Of a DNA stretch of 64,000 nucleotides, positions 60,625-64,000 are shown in pieces. Below the pieces are notes generated by a model. The model was given only the letters and a program-made list of their open reading frames with translations, was not told where the DNA came from and did no database searches. The number at the start of each line of letters is the position of its first letter. The stretch's first letter is position 1. Source of the DNA: Balanoglossus misakiensis (taxonomy: Eukaryota; Animalia; Hemichordata); assembly GCA_040954595.2 (NCBI GenBank), contig CM082584.2, positions 9,195,061 to 9,259,060 of the forward strand, read 5' to 3'. The position numbers and the translations under genes are program-made.

Positions 60625-63600
60625 ATGGCGGACGACGTCGAAGTTGATATTGAAGGCATCGAAGATGATGGGCAGTAAGTCCTCGTTCATTTACGTTTCA
60701 TACAATTTTATGTCGAAATATTGACAGATCTAACATATAAATCTTATTTTTCGTTAATTCTAGTGCATGAATCATTCGAGCCTTTTGCACGAATGTTGTC
60801 CCAAAAATCGCTTTCTGTCCCGTTCTCAGATCCGAGTCTGAGTCTGAATTTGTGTACAAAAATTCTACCCACCGGGCACCGGGGCAGTTTAGTCAGTTTC
60901 AATAACTGGACAGTGGTGTTGGACGACTAAACTAGCTCTTCTCGCCAACCACCCCAAAACGCCCAACACCACTGACTATCCATATAACCTCCAGTGCTGC
61001 TACCCATATACAATTTTAACTTTACCGAGGTTTTACAGAACGACTGTAATTTGCTTGGTGGAATGTTTGTGTTGACGGTTTCGCCGTCCACTCACAATAT
61101 AAAGTGTACACCAGGCAAAAACACAAGCTACAAACATTCACCGAGATATTTTAGCTCCATATATTAAATTATTGCATTTTATCCAGTGTGTCACGCACCA
61201 GGAAGCATGATTTATTATTGAGAACATGACCATTAAACATTATTTAATTGGAGGATGGGATTTCAGTGGCTCTCTACTGCCCATATAAATGTGGGCTAAT
61301 CTGCATATGTTTTACATACATGTCTCACACTATCTTGTGGGCTAATCTGCATATGATTTACATACATGTCTCACATCACACTATCTTGTGGGCTAATCTG
61401 CATATGATTTACATACATGTCTCACACTATCTTGTGGGCTAATCTGCATATGATTTACATACATGTTTCACACTATCTTGTCTGGACTGCCAAAAATAAG
61501 GTTTGATCCAGTCATTACAGAAACAAGTAGAATACATGGTCACTTCACTTTAAATATTCTAAGATAATTACAATTCCTGCAATTTCAGACAGTTGCAGCT
61601 ATTTTACATAACAATCTAGATAACTGTTATGTTAATGAGTTCATATTGTTTTCTAAAAACTACAGAGTAGATCTAATTGTTAATTTTGCAGGACGAGCAG
61701 TTTGGATTTACATGCTGACCCAAACGTTCCACCCTCGTCGAGTGCAAACCTGCTGTCTGAGTTCTCAGATCCACCGTGGTTATTAGAACAAGAGCCTGTG
61801 AGTATTGACTGAAGCATTCCGATATGGCCATATTCAGATTGCCAGTAGTTGTACAGTAAACATACTAGCTCTCACAGTGAAATATCAAGTTTCCCAGTCG
61901 TATCGCCTAGTAAGTTTTGCGCAGCTACAAGCTAGCCTGACATACCAGTAAATTTGCGTCTTATCACAGAAATAGCTGACTAACAGAGCCAGGAGAAAAC
62001 AAGGGTGGACGAGTGATATTCTTAGGTCTACCTATTCCCAGTGGATCTAAAAGTGATTTGCTCTGTACTGCAGTGTGTACTTGGTAGCTGATTGCATTTT
62101 TTTATGTGTGAACAGAGCTGGGCATTACATGATGAAATTGATGACAAAAGCAGAGAGACAATCGAGAAGATGCTGCTGGAAGAAGAGTATCCTTTTGTAC
62201 GTTTTGAAAAGTTAAACACCTTATTTTCTTTGTTTTCCAAAGACTTCTCACACACTTTAAACATAGCAAAGAATTACAAGATTTTTAGGACTATTTTTTT
62301 CTGAAAATATGTCGCTGAGGTGCATACTGTAGCCTTATATTCATTCGTCATTATCTATGTACATAATCCTTGACCCAAGCTCCTTGTAGGTTGTATTTCC
62401 AAGGCAGAAGCATGCATCCAGATGAAACAAGTCCACCCACCACAGAAAAACCAAAATCCTCCACAAACAAAGCCAGCAGGTAAAGCTCCACTATCTGTAA
62501 CTTTTGGCCAATTTTTTCTATATTTTTGTCCTGCTTATCAGTAAATTGAAGAAATGTACTTTTCTTTTGCTTGGGTGATGACACAGCTGATTGTCAGATG
62601 ATTTTTTTTTCTTTCTCAGCTCCAAAGGAAGAGGAAGAAAGCCATTGTTTTCTGGTAACAGGTAAGGGAGCAGTCCTCTGTTTATTGCCAGTGAACTCAC
62701 TAAGGTATATTTGCACCCTTGTTGTGCTGTGACACTCTACATGCGATATCTTTGTTCTGTGATCTGGACCACAAACTAATAAACTTATTGTCAAGATCTC
62801 ATCATTTGTGTTTTGCCCGTGATTTCCTCAGGGCGAACAGACTACCATCCCACAAAATGCCGTGGACAGAGGAAGAGAAGTCGATCTTTGAACAAGGAAT
62901 GGTGAGAGAGATGCAACACTTATGAAATAATCACTGCCATACATAGAGCCCTCTGGTGTTCAAACATGTCCACTAATGTCCAAGTTTACTTTAGTACAAT
63001 TTAATTTATTGTACTTTAGTCTGGTTGAATTTTTGTTACTTTAGTTCAGAGGTAAAATCCTCTTACCAGTTGCACTTATTTGTATTGCATTGTGTTTCTG
63101 TTTGTCAATAGGAAATATATGGTAGAAGTTGGACCAGAATAGCACAGCTGATAAGCACAAGGACAACACTACAGGTCAAGAACTATGCCAATCAGTATTT
63201 CAAAGTCAAGGTCAGTTTTACTGTATAGTGACCCTGGGTAACCTAATGTAATAACATAACATGTACTTGATATACAAAATAAACATACTGAAAAATACCA
63301 GCAGATAGTGGGCCCTTTAACCCTTTCTATACAATGGTTTGGTCCAAATGCATTGTTTTCTATAGTAAAGTTGGATTTCTTAAAAGGGAACTGGGGATGA
63401 AAGGGTTAATTAAAGGGCACCTATACTGACAGAATTTAGAAAAATTTAATGAAGCATAGCAACGTAGCCTTGCAATGTTTCACACAAAATATCTCTTGAA
63501 TTTTTCTCGGTGCAGGCCAGGGAGAAAGACAAAACAGACAGGGACGCGGATGCAAGTTCTTCATCGGAGACGGAATTCCATCCTCATCTTCTGAACCCCA

Positions 63601-64000
63601 GCGATATGCACAGTCAAGAAGAAGCCCTGGCCGCCATGAGCACTGCCTTGCCAACCATCACCACTCTCCCCAAGATGGCCGACAACCACGCTGTCAGCAG
63701 ATCGCTGAAGACCAAGAGTCCAAAAACGAGCAAGAAGATTGGACGTCCGAAAAAGAAAAGTCTTGCGGAACCTGAAGCCGTCCAGAATGTGGTTATCAAT
63801 GAACAGGAGGAGAACCCGGTCTTTGAGAACACGGAATTGGTCTCCGAGGTGGAGGGACTGAAATCACTGGGAGAGCTGATGGGAATAGAGGAATGGGTCA
63901 AGGAGGAGATGGATGAAGGGAAAGAAGAGGAGGAGGTGGATGTTGAAGTTGATATTGATGGGGAGGACGAGGGGCTGATGGATGAGGGCAGTCTTCTCAA
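60625..64000 (+). CDS. MYSM1: Histone H2A deubiquitinase MYSM1, N-terminal part with SANT/Myb domain; continues past the window
   Basis: Exons 60625-60674 ([11 protein letters not shown]), 61692-61797, 62116-62186 ([23 protein letters not shown]), 62390-62479, 62620-62661, 62832-62901 ([13 protein letters not shown]), 63112-63210 ([29 protein letters not shown]), 63516->64000. These match my recall of human MYSM1 ([44 protein letters not shown]). Confidence 0.93.
61290..61480. repeat. Minisatellite, 4 copies of a 46-nt unit in MYSM1 intron 1
   Basis: Unit TGTGGGCTAATCTGCATATGATTTACATACATGTCTCACACTATCT, copies nearly identical, one with a 5-nt internal duplication. Confidence 0.92.
62187..62389 (+). 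other. MYSM1: U12-type (minor spliceosome) GT-AG intron in MYSM1
   Basis: 5' splice site GTATCCTTT at 62187-62195, branch site TCCTTGAC at 62367-62374, and AG at 62388-62389, 16 nt after the branch A. The join gives in-frame [12 protein letters not shown]. Confidence 0.9.
63321..63405. mobile_element. piggyBac-type MITE (85 bp) with TTAA target-site duplication
   Basis: TTAA|CCCTTTC...GAAAGGG|TTAA (TSDs at 63317-63320 and 63406-63409). A related 3' fragment lies at about 8221-8266 (TAAAGTTGGA...GGGGxxGAAAGGGTTTAA). Confidence 0.7.

Noticed and set aside
61290-61480. Regular repeats superficially like a CRISPR array
   Set aside because: The units are contiguous with no unique spacers, there are no cas genes, and the context is a eukaryotic intron.
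63614-64000. 128-aa Ser-rich minus-strand ORF
   Set aside because: Antisense shadow of the Glu/Asp-rich MYSM1 exon starting at 63516.

Overview
Eukaryotic (metazoan) genomic DNA: AT-rich and intron-rich. It looks like a marine invertebrate; a hemichordate-like deuterostome is my guess and cannot be confirmed from the window. I assembled six spliced protein-coding genes by hand with consistent exon phases: (1) SVEP1/polydom (+, 5'-truncated, 32 exons, about 4250 aa in the window, one 6.5 kb exon of Sushi/CCP repeats); (2) SPICE1 (-); (3) CCDC152 (+, head-to-head with SPICE1); (4) a divergent alpha-type nicotinic acetylcholine receptor-like subunit (+); (5) HMG-CoA synthase, HMGCS1-like (+); (6) MYSM1 (+, 3'-truncated). 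The most notable observations are: three tandem RRGDV integrin-type motifs right after a furin-like KRKR site in SVEP1; a two-module super-repeat and CCP expansion in the SVEP1 giant exon; non-canonical loop C and M2 residues in the nAChR subunit; a candidate optional 5' exon that would give HMGCS an in-frame basic N-terminal extension; a U12-type intron in MYSM1; and a GC-AG intron in SVEP1. Small transposon relics are also present (piggyBac-type MITE, foldback MITE, Helentron-like element, Penelope-like fragment). No rRNA, tRNA or CRISPR features were seen. Gene names rest on my recall of the human orthologue sequences, not on a database search.
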